Positions 10,182 to 22,174 of a stretch of 64,000 nt of DNA are shown piece after piece. The notes below the pieces were generated by a model. That model saw nothing but the letters and a program-made list of their open reading frames with translations. It did no database searches and was not told the DNA's origin. Made by a program: the position numbers and the translations under genes. Source of the DNA: Peptococcaceae bacterium (GTDB lineage Bacteria > Bacillota > Desulfotomaculia > Desulfotomaculales > JACDOK01). The stretch spans positions 205-64,204 of the forward strand of contig JACDOK010000001.1 in NCBI GenBank assembly GCA_017656185.1. Direction: 5' to 3'. Each line of letters starts with the position of its first letter. The stretch's first letter is position 1.

Positions 10182-11207
10182 CTACATCATCAGCTCCGCA
10201 ATATCGTTATAAGTAACAATCACCATTAATACGATCAACAGCCCGAAACCGACCAGGTGAATAAAATTCTCTTTTTCAGGAGCTACGGGCCTGCCGGTAA
10301 TTCCTTCCCACCCGAGGAAAAACAGGCGGCTTCCGTCTAAAGCCGGTATCGGAAGCAGGTTGAAAAGTCCCAGGTTGATGCTTAAAAAGGCCGCCAAATG
10401 CAGTAAAGGAACCAGCCCTAACTGCGCTACCTTGCCAATCTCCGAAACAATGCGCACCGGGCCTCCTACATCGGCGGGAGCCTGGTGAAAAATCATCTGA
10501 CCAAGATAATTAATAATCATACCGGTTAACCTTACAGTATACTCCGCACCCCCATACAAGGACTTGATTAACCCAACGTGACGCGGTTCAAACGCCGGTA
10601 CAATGCCAAGGAATCCCTTGCCGTTCTGTACGTCCGGGGTCACATTGATATCCCGCACTGCACCATCTCTTTTAACGGTAAGAACCACCGCTTCCCCGGG
10701 ATGATCCTTAATTACCTTGCTCAGTTTATTCCAGTCCCATGGACCAATCTCCCGGTGGTTAACAGCCAAAATTTCATCCCCGGCCCGGAGACCTGCTTCA
10801 AATGCGGGGCGGTCCGGTAAAACCTGGCCGACCGTAGTCGTTGGTGAAGGATAACCCTGCACGAGAAATATAATGGTGAATAATACGACCGCCAAAACAA
10901 AATTCATCAAAGGGCCGGCGATGATCACGCTCATTCTCTGCCAAACGGTCTTATTCTTATAGCTCTTATGAGGGGGTACTTCCTCCTCATCCGTATCCAG
11001 GCCGGCAAAACGTACAAATCCCCCGAGAGGAAAAATCCGCAGGTTGTAATCGGTTTCTCCGCGTTTAAAACCGGCAATCCTGGGGCCAAATCCCATGCTG
11101 AACTCGTGCACCTGGATACCGGCTCGTTTGGCCAGTAAAAAATGGCCAAATTCGTGAATAAATATTAACAGTCCAAAGACAAAGATCGTTGCCAGTAACG
11201 TCGTCAT
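10182..11207 (-). CDS. rseP: RIP metalloprotease RseP/RasP (site-2 protease)
   Basis: HEFGHF zinc motif, PDZ domain, and the conserved position between dxr and proS. Confidence 0.9.
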   Translation of the reverse strand: MTTLLATIFVFGLLIFIHEFGHFLLAKRAGIQVHEFSMGFGPRIAGFKRGETDYNLRIFPLGGFVRFAGLDTDEEEVPPHKSYKNKTVWQRMSVIIAGPLMNFVLAVVLFTIIFLVQGYPSPTTTVGQVLPDRPAFEAGLRAGDEILAVNHREIGPWDWNKLSKVIKDHPGEAVVLTVKRDGAVRDINVTPDVQNGKGFLGIVPAFEPRHVGLIKSLYGGAEYTVRLTGMIINYLGQMIFHQAPADVGGPVRIVSEIGKVAQLGLVPLLHLAAFLSINLGLFNLLPIPALDGSRLFFLGWEGITGRPVAPEKENFIHLVGFGLLIVLMVIVTYNDIAELMM

Positions 11208-12364
11208 CAGCTACTCACCCTTTTGATAACGTTTCGGGCCGTACGACGCGCCCATTCATCTGCAGCCAAAATTGCCTCCAAATTCGGGCGGGTAACATTG
11301 ACATGAGCATCCAAAACCGTCTCTACAACAACCGGAATATCCGTAAAGCTCAGCTGGTATTTTAAGAAAGCTTCTACCGCTACCTCGTTGGCGGCATTTA
11401 ACACACAAGGGGCCGTCCCGCCTTCAAGGCCGGCTCGGTAAGCCAGTTTCAGGCACGGAAAGCGGCTAGTGTCAGGAGCCTCAAAGGTCAGTTCCTTTAA
11501 CACCTCAAAATTCAGTTTTTTAACTTGACTTTCCCAGCGTTCGGGATAACTGAAAGCATACTGAATGGGAAGGCGCATATCCGTGCTGCTCAAACAAGCT
11601 ATTATGGTCCCGTCTGCCAATTCAGCCATGCCGTGTATGATACTTTGAGGATGTATTACCACTTCAATGCTATCATAACCGGTTTCAAAAAGCCAACGGG
11701 CCTCAATGACTTCTAAACCCTTGTTCATCAAGGTAGCGGAGTCTATGGTAATTTTTGCCCCCATTTGCCAGGTTGGGTGGCAGAGCGCCGCTTCCGGAGT
11801 AACCTTTGACAGCTCGTCAGAACTCCACGCGCGAAAGGGTCCTCCAGAGGCCGTTAGGATAATTTTGCGCACCTCGCTGCCGCGCCCGTTCATACATTGC
11901 CATACGGCTGAATGTTCACTATCAACCGGAATAATGGGAATACCATGTTTACGCGCGACAGCCGTAACAACTTCCCCGGCCACCACCATAGTCTCCTTAT
12001 TGGCGAGCGCGATTTCCTTGCCCGCCTTGATGGCCTCTATCACCGGAACAAGGCCCGCCGTTCCGGTAACGGCTACCAGTACCATATCAACGTCGGGCCA
12101 GGTAGCAACACGAACCAGCCCTTCGGTACCCGCATAGACAGGGCATTTGTCACCGGACCACACTAAATCCTGTACAGCGTCTTCCGCAGCCATCGCCGCC
12201 ACCTTGGGACGCCACCGTGCCAGCTGTTTCTGAAACAGTTCCGTGTTCCTTCCGGCAGCCAACCCCACAACCTCGAGTTTGTCAGGATGAGCAGCGACTA
12301 CTTCCAGTGCCTGGCGCCCTATAGACCCCGTACTGCCGAGAATAGCAATCCTTTTTTTCGTCAT
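11207..12364 (-). CDS. dxr: 1-deoxy-D-xylulose 5-phosphate reductoisomerase
   Basis: 385-aa ORF with the GSTGSIG NADPH motif and Dxr core. Confidence 0.95.
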   Translation of the reverse strand: MTKKRIAILGSTGSIGRQALEVVAAHPDKLEVVGLAAGRNTELFQKQLARWRPKVAAMAAEDAVQDLVWSGDKCPVYAGTEGLVRVATWPDVDMVLVAVTGTAGLVPVIEAIKAGKEIALANKETMVVAGEVVTAVARKHGIPIIPVDSEHSAVWQCMNGRGSEVRKIILTASGGPFRAWSSDELSKVTPEAALCHPTWQMGAKITIDSATLMNKGLEVIEARWLFETGYDSIEVVIHPQSIIHGMAELADGTIIACLSSTDMRLPIQYAFSYPERWESQVKKLNFEVLKELTFEAPDTSRFPCLKLAYRAGLEGGTAPCVLNAANEVAVEAFLKYQLSFTDIPVVVETVLDAHVNVTRPNLEAILAADEWARRTARNVIKRVSS

Positions 12365-12376
12365 ACGACTCCTTCC

Positions 12377-13447
12377 CTATATCTTATTAAGCTGTCGCGC
12401 CTCCATCACAGCCTTGCCGGCAGCCTGAACAATGATTAAAACAATCGGCCCGAGGATTAACCCCATAACGCCCATTATTTTTAAGCCGACATACATCGCT
12501 GCCAGTACAGCTAAGGGATGCAGCCCTAAATTAGCAGACACTACCTTGGCTTCTAATAATTGTCTAACAGTAATCACAACACCATAAACAACAGCCACTT
12601 TCCACGCCATAGCAACGCCGCCCGTGAAGATGAGCCACAAAATCCACGGTAAAAACACGGTACTGGGCCCCAGCACGGGTATCAGGTCAAAAAACCCCAC
12701 CAATAATCCCACCGTTACGGCATATGGTACACCTATAATCATTAACCCTAAAATGCTGATTATGGTAGTGATGGAAACCAAAATGATCTGGGCCCGCAGG
12801 TAATTGAGAAAGGCCTGGAAGACCTGTTTTCCCACCGTAACGGTGTGCTGACCCCATGGTGCCGGAGCCACACGTAGCCAAAACGCACGGATATTTTCTT
12901 TGTCCCGGCTTATGAAGTAGGTAGCCACTATGGTAATAAACACTATCAATACTCCGCCTGGAACCTCAGAGGCCACCGTAACGCCTTCCGTAAAAACAAC
13001 CAGCAGAGCACCTTTCAACCAAACAACCACCGACTGAATGGCACTGTCGACATAGTCTATGAGCGAAGGCGGTAAGTTCCCGTATATATTCATGATACGG
13101 TCAATTTGGTGCTGTAAAGTATCCTGTAGTTTTTTGATAAAAAAGGGGAAGTTAGTGGAAAGCAAACCCAACTCGCGCGTCAGCCGCCAAACACCCCATG
13201 TCAATAGTGAACTTATTACGCTGAACAGCAGCATTATCATTGTTACGACGGCTAAACTTCGCGGGAAACGGGCATACTGTTGTAGCATTTTAATCCCTGG
13301 TTCCAAGAAAAGACTGAGGATAACCGCCAAGGCAAAGGGAAGTAAAACAGGCAATAAAAAACCCAGCAACCTGCCCAGAAAATACAGGTTGACACCAACC
13401 AAAAGCACGGCTGCGGATATCCACGCTACCTGTTTTACACGTTCCAC
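12377..13447 (-). CDS. AI-2E family transporter / sporulation integral membrane protein YtvI-like
   Basis: 356-aa polytopic membrane protein with the UPF0118/PerM-like pattern. Confidence 0.75.
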   Translation of the reverse strand: MERVKQVAWISAAVLLVGVNLYFLGRLLGFLLPVLLPFALAVILSLFLEPGIKMLQQYARFPRSLAVVTMIMLLFSVISSLLTWGVWRLTRELGLLSTNFPFFIKKLQDTLQHQIDRIMNIYGNLPPSLIDYVDSAIQSVVVWLKGALLVVFTEGVTVASEVPGGVLIVFITIVATYFISRDKENIRAFWLRVAPAPWGQHTVTVGKQVFQAFLNYLRAQIILVSITTIISILGLMIIGVPYAVTVGLLVGFFDLIPVLGPSTVFLPWILWLIFTGGVAMAWKVAVVYGVVITVRQLLEAKVVSANLGLHPLAVLAAMYVGLKIMGVMGLILGPIVLIIVQAAGKAVMEARQLNKI

Positions 13448-13457
13448 TCACTTCACC

Positions 13458-14240
13458 TCAGAAGTTCCCTAAAAAACGCAAAAGGTAATAACCCACCGGG
13501 GCCGTAAATAAGAGACTGTCAAACCGGTCCATTATACCCCCGTGACCGGGCAATAGCTGCCCGGCGTCTTTTACCCTTGAAAAACGCTTAAAAGATGACG
13601 CCACCAAATCACCCAATTGTGCTGCCAGGCCTATCAGCAACCCCATAGCCGCCAGCAGATAGGGAGATTGCAGGTTGGTAATTAAACCGTAAATAAGGCC
13701 CGTCAGAGTCGATGCTATTATCCCCCCCGTAAATCCCTCGACGGTTTTTTTGGGGCTAAGGGTCGGAAACATCCGTCGCCGTCCCAGGTATACACCGGCA
13801 AAATAACCCAGTGTATCAAAAGCCCAGGTCATCAAAACGATCAGTAATACCCATTCCCAATTACCTGGTAACTCCCGTAGAAGATATAGATAAACAAAAA
13901 GGCCGGGATATAACGCCAGTAATAGTGTTCCCGCTAAAGCCCTGGGTTCAAAACGCGGGTACCAGATAACCAACAGTCCAAGGTAAAATAACAATAATAA
14001 AATAATCACACCTGCAGGGTACCGGTCCGGTACCAGATACGACGCGGCTACCAGGACCAGCCCCGATACCAATGCCAAACCCTGGTGTGGATTTACCTCT
14101 TTAAATAACAAAGCCAGTTCTTTCTGCGCTAAAATTATTAAAACAGCTAAAAGTACTAATAACGGTAAATCACCCCACCAAACAACCAGCAGAAACAACG
14201 GTAACCCTACCAGCGCCGTAAGAACCCTCAGCCGGAGCAC
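13458..14240 (-). CDS. cdsA: Phosphatidate cytidylyltransferase
   Basis: 260-aa membrane ORF with the C-terminal CTP-transferase signature (SxFKRxxxxKDxGxxxPGHGGxxDRxD). Confidence 0.9.
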   Translation of the reverse strand: MLRLRVLTALVGLPLFLLVVWWGDLPLLVLLAVLIILAQKELALLFKEVNPHQGLALVSGLVLVAASYLVPDRYPAGVIILLLLFYLGLLVIWYPRFEPRALAGTLLLALYPGLFVYLYLLRELPGNWEWVLLIVLMTWAFDTLGYFAGVYLGRRRMFPTLSPKKTVEGFTGGIIASTLTGLIYGLITNLQSPYLLAAMGLLIGLAAQLGDLVASSFKRFSRVKDAGQLLPGHGGIMDRFDSLLFTAPVGYYLLRFLGNF

Positions 14241-15004
14241 ACATTTAGCCCCCCAAACCGCCGTTCCCGCCGCTGGTATTCAACTAACGCTTCCAAGAAC
14301 TCCTTGCGGCCGAAATCGGGCCATAAGACTGGTGTAATCCAAAATTCGGCATAAGCTATCTGCCATAGCAAAAAGTTACTGACCCGGAACTCTCCCGCTG
14401 GCCGAATCAATAGATCCGGGTCCGGCATGCCCGACGTGTAAAGATAACTGCTTACTATGGATTCGTCAATATCATCCGGGTTGATCTTACCTTTGACGGC
14501 ATCGTCAGCTAGCCTGCGTACCGCCTGTACCAGTTCACTGCGTCCCCCGTAGTTTAAGGCCAGATTAAGACACAAGCGCTTATTTCGTGCCGTCTTGCGC
14601 TCGGCCTCGGTAAGTGCCTTCTGGGCCTGCTCCGGCAAGCCCTTAATGTCGCCTATACCTCGCAACCTAACCCCGTTAGCGTGAAGTTCATCCAGTTCGT
14701 TATAAAGGTATTCCACCAGGAGCTGCATTAGTTTATTAACTTCGTCAGGCGGCCGTTTCCAGTTTTCGGTGGAAAACGCGTAGGCGGTAAGATAAGGCAC
14801 ACCATATTCGACACAGGCCTTAACCATGGTACGCAGGGATTCGGCGCCCTGGCGATGTCCTTCGACGCGGGGTAACCCGCGCTGCTGCGCCCAGCGCCCG
14901 TTGCCGTCCATTATTATGGCCACATGTTGCGGCAAACGCGATCTATCCAGTAATTGCCCGAGTTCTTGCTCGCAGCGCTCCTCATCTCTCCCGGACATAC
15001 TCAT
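14228..15004 (-). CDS. uppS: Isoprenyl transferase (undecaprenyl diphosphate synthase)
   Basis: HVAIIMDGNGRWA motif and C-terminal RRFGG. Confidence 0.95.
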   Translation of the reverse strand: MSMSGRDEERCEQELGQLLDRSRLPQHVAIIMDGNGRWAQQRGLPRVEGHRQGAESLRTMVKACVEYGVPYLTAYAFSTENWKRPPDEVNKLMQLLVEYLYNELDELHANGVRLRGIGDIKGLPEQAQKALTEAERKTARNKRLCLNLALNYGGRSELVQAVRRLADDAVKGKINPDDIDESIVSSYLYTSGMPDPDLLIRPAGEFRVSNFLLWQIAYAEFWITPVLWPDFGRKEFLEALVEYQRRERRFGGLNVCSG

Positions 15005-15021
15005 ACAGGCCAGCCTCCTAT

Positions 15022-15043
15022 GAGAAAACCCCCGGTAAGGGGG
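15022..15043 (-). terminator. Short hairpin plus U-tract after the ferredoxin gene, upstream of uppS
   Basis: Minus strand CCCCC-TTACC-GGGGG followed by TTTTCTC. Confidence 0.45.
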
Positions 15044-15047
15044 CTCT

Positions 15048-15224
15048 TTAATATTTTATAATGGCGCCTGAGGGACAGGCCTGGTAACAACTTCCGCATC
15101 CTTCACAACGTAATAGGTTAATCGTATACGTCTCCCCTTCGAGTATCGCACCGTGCGGGCAATTATCAAAGCAATAACCACAGGCTATGCAGTCACTTGT
15201 TATACGGAAAAACATCCTCTCCAT
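15048..15224 (-). CDS. Small 2x[4Fe-4S] ferredoxin
   Basis: Two CxxCxxCxxxCP motifs. The ATG at 15224 is preceded by GGAGAAAGG. Confidence 0.8.
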   Translation of the reverse strand: MERMFFRITSDCIACGYCFDNCPHGAILEGETYTINLLRCEGCGSCYQACPSGAIIKY

Positions 15225-15426
15225 CACCTTTCTCCCATCCCTGGCGAGCAATTAAAAGTTCTATTTTCCCGGGAGCACTTACCGTGCTCCTTAAGACCCT
15301 GTAAGGTCCCGAAATATCGCCACGCGGAGGAGAAGTAGATGTTATCGTAACATCCCACCCGTTTTCCTGTAAAACATTGAGGGCATCATCGAGTAGGAAA
15401 CCAAGAATGTCCGGTGCCTGTTTCAT
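15193..15426 (-). CDS. Hypothetical 77-aa protein (no confident family call)
   Basis: ORF directly downstream of frr. Its 3' end overlaps the ferredoxin start by about 30 nt. Confidence 0.45.
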   Translation of the reverse strand: MKQAPDILGFLLDDALNVLQENGWDVTITSTSPPRGDISGPYRVLRSTVSAPGKIELLIARQGWEKGDGEDVFPYNK

Positions 15427-15429
15427 TAT

Positions 15430-16721
<1,292 letters not shown>

Positions 16722-16764
16722 TTAATAGACATTTCTTCAAACGGGATAAAATTCCTCTAATTGC

Positions 16765-17367
16765 CTATCCCGTTGTTTCTCCTACCTCGAACCGTACAAA
16801 ACGTTTTACGACCATATTTTCTCCCAGCTTGGCTATCATTTCGTTTACAACATCACGCACCGCTTTATCAGGGTCTTTGATAAACGGCTGTTCTAACAGG
16901 CATACGTCTTTGTAGAACTTCTCAAGGCGCCCCTCCACCATCTTCTCAATAATCTTTTCGGGCTTACCTTCGTTCAAGGCCTGGGCCCTGAGGATGGACT
17001 TTTCCTTTTCCACTACTTCAGCAGGTACTTCCTCCCGCGAAACGTATTCGGGACTCGCGGCGGCCACCTGCATCGCCAAATCTCTGACAAAGGCCTTAAA
17101 CTCCGGAGTCTTGGCCACAAAATCCGTTTCACAATTAACTTCGATGAGAACACCAATTTTTCCATTGCTGTGAATGTAGCTGTCCACTATTCCTTCGGAA
17201 GCAGCCCGACCCGCCTTTTTGGCAGCCTTCGAAAGACCTTTTTCACGAAGGTAATCAATGGCTTTTTCTATGTCTCCGCCCGTTTCCTGCAGGGCCTTTT
17301 TACAGTCCATCATTCCGGCACCCGTTCTCTCTCGCAATTCCTTTACCAATTTAGCAGATATTTCCAC
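16765..17367 (-). CDS. tsf: Elongation factor Ts (short form)
   Basis: [23 protein letters not shown]-like N-terminus. Confidence 0.95.
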   Translation of the reverse strand: MEISAKLVKELRERTGAGMMDCKKALQETGGDIEKAIDYLREKGLSKAAKKAGRAASEGIVDSYIHSNGKIGVLIEVNCETDFVAKTPEFKAFVRDLAMQVAAASPEYVSREEVPAEVVEKEKSILRAQALNEGKPEKIIEKMVEGRLEKFYKDVCLLEQPFIKDPDKAVRDVVNEMIAKLGENMVVKRFVRFEVGETTG

Positions 17368-17453
17368 GACATGCCCTCCTCTTTAACAGCCAAAATTTTC
17401 CGCACCTTATTACATTATATCCCAAATTTTTTATTGTTACACTGAACGGGATA

Positions 17454-17480
17454 GAAAAAGGCAGGGGCTTAGAGGCCCCT
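17454..17480 (-). terminator. Hairpin plus U-tract between rpsB and tsf (attenuating terminator)
   Basis: Minus strand AGGGGC-CTCTAA-GCCCCT-GCCTTTTT, beginning at the rpsB stop codon. Confidence 0.5.
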
Positions 17481-18186
17481 ACCCGTTTTCGACTGCAAGT
17501 TCTTCTCCCTGCCGCCCTTCCAAGACGGCATCGGCTATCTTGGCAGTTAACAGCCTGACGGCGCGAATAGCATCATCATTGCCGGGAATGACGAAGTCTA
17601 TCTCATCGGGGTCGCAGTTGGTATCAACAATTGCAATAATGGGAATACCAAGCTTGCGTGCTTCGGCCACGGCAATGCGTTCCTTCCGTGGATCGATGAC
17701 GAAAAGCGCCGCCGGAAGCTTGTTCATATTCTTAATGCCGCCAAGGTATTTTTCGAGCTTGCCTTTCTCGCGCATCAGCCTGGCAATCTCTTTTTTTCCC
17801 AGCAAGTCCATCTTGCCGGACTCTTCCATCTGCTCCAGTTCTCTCAGTCTTTCAATACGGCGGCGTATCGTCTGGAAATTGGTCAACATCCCGCCCAGCC
17901 AGCGCTGGTTAACATAAAACATGCCGCACCTGTTGGCTTCCTCGTATACCGTTTGTTGGGCCTGTCTTTTGGTACCTACAAAAAGGATACTTTTACCTTC
18001 AGCCGCCAATTCCTTTACGTAGTTATAAGCAGTTTCCATCATACGTACCGTTTTTTGCAGGTCAATGATGTAGATACCGTTCCGGGCCGTAAAAATATAA
18101 GGGGCCATCTTGGGATTCCACCGGCGCGTCTGGTGGCCAAAATGCACCCCTGCTTCCAGCAACTGCTTCATTGATACTATCGCCAC
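17479..18186 (-). CDS. rpsB: 30S ribosomal protein S2
   Basis: [27 protein letters not shown]. The GTG at 18186 is preceded by GGAGGAGGTGG. The ORF-track start at 18231 adds 15 unconserved residues. Confidence 0.95.
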   Translation of the reverse strand: MAIVSMKQLLEAGVHFGHQTRRWNPKMAPYIFTARNGIYIIDLQKTVRMMETAYNYVKELAAEGKSILFVGTKRQAQQTVYEEANRCGMFYVNQRWLGGMLTNFQTIRRRIERLRELEQMEESGKMDLLGKKEIARLMREKGKLEKYLGGIKNMNKLPAALFVIDPRKERIAVAEARKLGIPIIAIVDTNCDPDEIDFVIPGNDDAIRAVRLLTAKIADAVLEGRQGEELAVENG

Positions 18187-18355
18187 TTGTCCACCTCCTC
18201 CCGTTGGTTTTTCAGCCTCCGCCACCTTCATCTCCTTACCGAACCTCGCTGGGAGGCACCACGATAAAAATCCGGCGACGTGTGTAGTAATTTGCCAGGG
18301 TGTATTTTAACACAGGCAACCAGTAACAGGCAAGCAAAAACTTGAAGTCCACCCG

Positions 18356-19132
18356 CTAACGGTTGAGGGCGGCCAGTTCATCCAGCAAACGATCGTTAAG
18401 GACTTTAATATAAGTACCCTTCATCCCCAGGGATTTTGACTCAATGACACCGGCACTTTCAAATTTACGCAACGCATTGACGATGACAGAACGTGTTATG
18501 CCTACCCGGTCGGCGATCTTGCTGGCCACCAGCAGGCCTTCGTCACCATCCAGTTCTTCGAAAATATGCCGTATAGCATCAAGTTCGGAGTAAGACAGAG
18601 TTCCTATCGCTACCTGCACGGCAGCACGTTTACGCGCTTCCTCTTCCATTCTGTCGGCCTGCGCCCGCAGGATCTCCAAGCCGACCACGGTAGCACCGTA
18701 CTCAGCAAGAATAAGATCTTCCTCGGTGAATTGCAGGTTAAACTTAGCCAGAACCAGAGTGCCCAAACGTTTACCTGCTCCTATAATCGGTACCACCGTA
18801 GACACCTTATTATGATAATGGCATTTTCTTTCGTCAAAAACACAGGCGTTGGCCGTTTGACAGAAATTAGCATTCGTAGTTGATATGCTTAAGAGCCACT
18901 CATTATAGGCCTTGGGGAAGCCCGTTTCTTTTACTATCCGTTCCACAACTTCGCATTCGAAGCCTTCCATAAAGTGGGCCCCCAGTATGCGCCCGTTAAC
19001 ATCAACAATGTAAGTATTGGACTCCAGATTATGGCACAGTACTTTGGCCACTTCACCAAAATCCACCGGGTAACCGGCGGACTTTTGTAATAGTTGGTTA
19101 ATGGAACGTGTTTTTTCTAAAAGACTGCTCAA
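18356..19132 (-). CDS. codY: GTP-sensing pleiotropic transcriptional repressor CodY
   Basis: 258-aa ORF with a GAF-like N-terminus, a wHTH C-terminus ([21 protein letters not shown]) and codV-clpQY-codY synteny. Confidence 0.95.
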   Translation of the reverse strand: MSSLLEKTRSINQLLQKSAGYPVDFGEVAKVLCHNLESNTYIVDVNGRILGAHFMEGFECEVVERIVKETGFPKAYNEWLLSISTTNANFCQTANACVFDERKCHYHNKVSTVVPIIGAGKRLGTLVLAKFNLQFTEEDLILAEYGATVVGLEILRAQADRMEEEARKRAAVQVAIGTLSYSELDAIRHIFEELDGDEGLLVASKIADRVGITRSVIVNALRKFESAGVIESKSLGMKGTYIKVLNDRLLDELAALNR

Positions 19133-19157
19133 TTTATCCCTTCTTTCGGCACTTCAA

Positions 19158-20549
19158 TTACAGGATATACCGGCTTAAATCGTCGTCCTTAACAATATCA
19201 CCCAGCCGCTCGCGAACATATTGCTCGTCAATAATAACTTTTTGCCCTTTTAAATCGGGAGCATCAAACGATAAATCCTCTAGTAACTTCTCAAGTACGG
19301 TTTGAAGCCTTCTTGCGCCTATATTCTCCGTTTGTTCATTAACAGTATAAGCGATTTTCGCTATTTCGACAAGAGAATTTTTTGAAAATTCCACCACTAA
19401 CCCTTCTGTCCTTAAAAGTTCAGTGTACTGCCTGATCAAGGCATTCTGCGGTTCGGTCAATATCTTCAAAAAATCATCTTGCGTAAGATTATGCAGTTCC
19501 ACACGAATAGGGAACCGCCCCTGCAACTCGGGCATTAAATCTGAAGGTTTGGCGGTATGGAAAGCACCGGCAGCAATAAAAAGAATGTGGTCAGTCTTTA
19601 CCGGCCCATATTTCGTCATTACGGTCGACCCTTCTACAATGGGCAGAATGTCACGCTGCACACCGCCCCGTGATACATCTGCTCTACCACCCGTTTCACG
19701 CCCGGCTATCTTATCAATTTCATCCAAAAAAATAATCCCTGATTCTTCGGCGCGTCGAATGCCTTCGGTAGTTACTTCGTCCATATCAATTAATTTCTGG
19801 GCTTCCTGCTGCATTAATATTTTGCGTCCTTCTGACACGGTAACTTTACGCCTTTTTTTCTTCTTGGGAAACAGGTTTCCCAGCATATCCTGCAGGTTTA
19901 TTCCTAACTCCTCCGTACCCTGGGGTGTAAAAACCTCAAACATCGGTAAGCGGTCTTCCACTTCCACCTCAATATACTCGTTCTCCAACTCGCCACGTTC
20001 CAACTTCCGCCGTAAGGTGTCACGCTCGAATTGAACTCTTTGGGCACGCTGTTTTTCAAGATTATCGGCCTGCTGTTGCTGCTGGCCGGCGCCGAACAGC
20101 ATTTCAAGCGGATTGCGCGGCGCATTTTCTTTTCGCGGCATCGGTGCCAAAAGCTCAATAATCCGTTCATTGGCCAAACGAGTAGCCGTGGCTTCCACCT
20201 CGGCCATCTTCTCCTGGTTGACCATCCTGATAGATGTCTCTACCAAGTCGCGCACCATACTTTCCACATCGCGTCCTACATACCCGACTTCGGTAAACTT
20301 AGTGGCTTCTACCTTGATAAAAGGAGCATTGACCAATTTGGCCAGGCGGCGGGCAATTTCGGTTTTACCTACTCCGGTAGGACCGATCATAAGAATGTTC
20401 TTCGGCAAAATTTCCTCACGGAGCCCAGGGTCAAGCAGGCTCCGGCGGTAACGGTTACGCAAAGCGATGGCCACCGCTTTTTTGGCTTTCTGCTGCCCGA
20501 TAATATACTTATCAAGTTCATTGACGATTTCACGGGGAGTTAAGTCCAA
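19158..20549 (-). CDS. hslU: ATP-dependent protease ATPase subunit HslU (ClpY)
   Basis: [17 protein letters not shown] and Walker [10 protein letters not shown] prefer the TTG at 20549 (SD AAGGGAG 9 nt upstream; N-terminus MDLTPREIV as in homologues) over the track GTG at 20585, which has no SD and lies in a repeat arm. Confidence 0.93.
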   Translation of the reverse strand: MDLTPREIVNELDKYIIGQQKAKKAVAIALRNRYRRSLLDPGLREEILPKNILMIGPTGVGKTEIARRLAKLVNAPFIKVEATKFTEVGYVGRDVESMVRDLVETSIRMVNQEKMAEVEATATRLANERIIELLAPMPRKENAPRNPLEMLFGAGQQQQQADNLEKQRAQRVQFERDTLRRKLERGELENEYIEVEVEDRLPMFEVFTPQGTEELGINLQDMLGNLFPKKKKRRKVTVSEGRKILMQQEAQKLIDMDEVTTEGIRRAEESGIIFLDEIDKIAGRETGGRADVSRGGVQRDILPIVEGSTVMTKYGPVKTDHILFIAAGAFHTAKPSDLMPELQGRFPIRVELHNLTQDDFLKILTEPQNALIRQYTELLRTEGLVVEFSKNSLVEIAKIAYTVNEQTENIGARRLQTVLEKLLEDLSFDAPDLKGQKVIIDEQYVRERLGDIVKDDDLSRYIL

Positions 20550-20576
20550 GGCAAATCGCTCCCTTCGGTATGATCC

Positions 20577-20728
20577 GTCCAGCACTCAGAGCTGATAGTC
20601 AAAGATACCAGAGCTAAGTAACTATTTGCAATAAACTACACTTTGAAATCTTCTGCCGCCCGCTGAGTGCTGGGCTGTGATACGGGCCTTCGGCCCTGAG
20701 ATACGCTCGCTGCGCTCGCTGTATTACA
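20577..20728. repeat. Interspersed mosaic repeat, copy 1, inside the hslV-hslU spacer
   Basis: GTCCAGCACTCAG (20577-20589) and CTGAGTGCTGGGC (20663-20675) form a 12/13 inverted repeat around about 73 nt. It is followed by CTGTGATACG-GGCCTTCGGCC / CTGAGATACG-... / CTGTATTACA units that run into the hslV stop codon. Confidence 0.8.
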
Positions 20729-21269
20729 ATACCTCTACCGTAATATTGTGATTAGTATACACACAAATCTCGGCGGCAATTTCCAGGGACTGCCGGGCAA
20801 TTTCAACCGCCGGCAGCTCCGTATGGCGCATTAAGGCACGGGCGGCCGCCAGCGCAAAAGAGCCCCCGGAGCCTACCGCCATAATGCCGTCGTCAGGTTC
20901 GATAACTTCACCGCCCCCGGAAATCAAAAGCATATTCTCTTTATCGGCGACCAGTAAAAGGGCCTCCAGCTTGCGCAACACTTTATCGGTACGCCATTCC
21001 TTTGCCAGCTGCACGGCGGCCCGGGGTAAATTGCCCTGGCATTCCTCCAACCGGCCTTCAAACCGCTCGAACAGCGCAAATGCATCGGCAACGCTCCCGG
21101 CAAAACCTGCTAAAACCTTCCCTTTATACAACCTGCGTACCTTGTTGGCCCGGTGTTTAATCACCGTTTGCTGCCCCAGGCCCACCTGGCCGTCACCCGC
21201 CATAGCCACCTGGTCGCCCCGTTTCACGGCCACGATTGTTGTACCATGGAAAGCAGAACCCTGTTCCAA
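20724..21269 (-). CDS. hslV: ATP-dependent protease subunit HslV (ClpQ)
   Basis: [10 protein letters not shown]-terminal nucleophile motif and GDGQV. Confidence 0.95.
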   Translation of the reverse strand: MEQGSAFHGTTIVAVKRGDQVAMAGDGQVGLGQQTVIKHRANKVRRLYKGKVLAGFAGSVADAFALFERFEGRLEECQGNLPRAAVQLAKEWRTDKVLRKLEALLLVADKENMLLISGGGEVIEPDDGIMAVGSGGSFALAAARALMRHTELPAVEIARQSLEIAAEICVYTNHNITVEVL

Positions 21270-21274
21270 GCACT

Positions 21275-22174
21275 TTACCCCCTGGGATGAGCTTTACGAT
21301 ACTGTTCAATTAAATGGTCGGTCGTCACACGCGTATAAACCTGAGTAGTCGATAAACGGGAATGTCCCAGCAGTTCCTGCACCGTTCGCAGGTCGGCACC
21401 CGCTTCCAACATATGCGTAGCAAAACAGTGCCGCAAAGAATGGGGACTGATATTGGCGTCCAGTGCCGCCTGTTCCAGGCGCCGGTCGAGCATCTTACGG
21501 ACGCCCCGGGCACTTAATCTTGTACCCTGGTAATTGAGAAATACAGCCTCACCGCTGCGGTTGTTGGCCAGAACCGGTCTCCCTTGTTCTATATAGCTCT
21601 TTAAGGCCTTTACGGCCAGACTGCCCAAGGGCAGTAAACGCTCTTTGTTTCCTTTGCCCCAAACACGCAGCATTTTGCCACCAAGATCGATATGTTTCAA
21701 GTCCAGCCCCACCAGTTCTGATATGCGCAACCCCGCAGCGTATATCGTTTCCAATATCGCACGGTCGCGCAGCCCCAGCGGGCTTTCGTCCTTCAATTCC
21801 AGTAATTTAGCCACTTCATCAGGATATAACAACTGCGGCAGGTAACGCGGCAGTTTAGGCCCTTTAATACGTGCCAAAGGATTATTGTCAACGATTTGTT
21901 GCCGGACCAAGAAGTTATAAAAGGCCCGCCAAGCCGAAAGCTTCCGGTTAATAGTAGTACGCTTCAGCCCTCCGTCGGTCAATTGAGCCAAATAACGCCG
22001 AAAAAGGGACGCGGTTATCTGCTGAGGCGTTATCTGGTCATCCTTTATGCCCAGTTCGGCAGCAAAAAAGTCAATACCGTCAAATATATCGTTCTGGTAA
22101 GCCATGAGAGTATTTTTCGACGCGCCGCGCTCCCCTTCCAGGTACATTAAAAAGTTATCAAGGTGATGATACAC
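21275..22174 (-). CDS. xerC: Tyrosine recombinase XerC (CodV)
   Basis: 299-aa ORF with the R..H..R..Y catalytic C-terminus ([23 protein letters not shown]), at the conserved position upstream of hslVU. Confidence 0.9.
   Translation of the reverse strand: MYHHLDNFLMYLEGERGASKNTLMAYQNDIFDGIDFFAAELGIKDDQITPQQITASLFRRYLAQLTDGGLKRTTINRKLSAWRAFYNFLVRQQIVDNNPLARIKGPKLPRYLPQLLYPDEVAKLLELKDESPLGLRDRAILETIYAAGLRISELVGLDLKHIDLGGKMLRVWGKGNKERLLPLGSLAVKALKSYIEQGRPVLANNRSGEAVFLNYQGTRLSARGVRKMLDRRLEQAALDANISPHSLRHCFATHMLEAGADLRTVQELLGHSRLSTTQVYTRVTTDHLIEQYRKAHPRG

Noticed and set aside
15193-15251. Overlap of the 77-aa ORF and the ferredoxin ORF; I considered a frameshifted single gene.
   Set aside because: The ferredoxin has its own ATG with a GGAGAAAGG SD at 15224 and is a complete 2x[4Fe-4S] domain. 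There is no slippery site and no homology argument for a fusion.
20550-20585. ORF-track GTG start of hslU at 20585.
   Set aside because: That GTG lies inside the repeat 13-mer, has no Shine-Dalgarno sequence, and adds 12 unconserved residues. The TTG at 20549 has an AAGGGAG SD and gives the canonical [10 protein letters not shown]-terminus.
21275-22174. A tyrosine recombinase could mark a mobile element or prophage boundary.
   Set aside because: It sits in the conserved trmFO-xerC(codV)-hslVU-codY housekeeping arrangement. No att-like repeats, phage genes or transposase genes are nearby.
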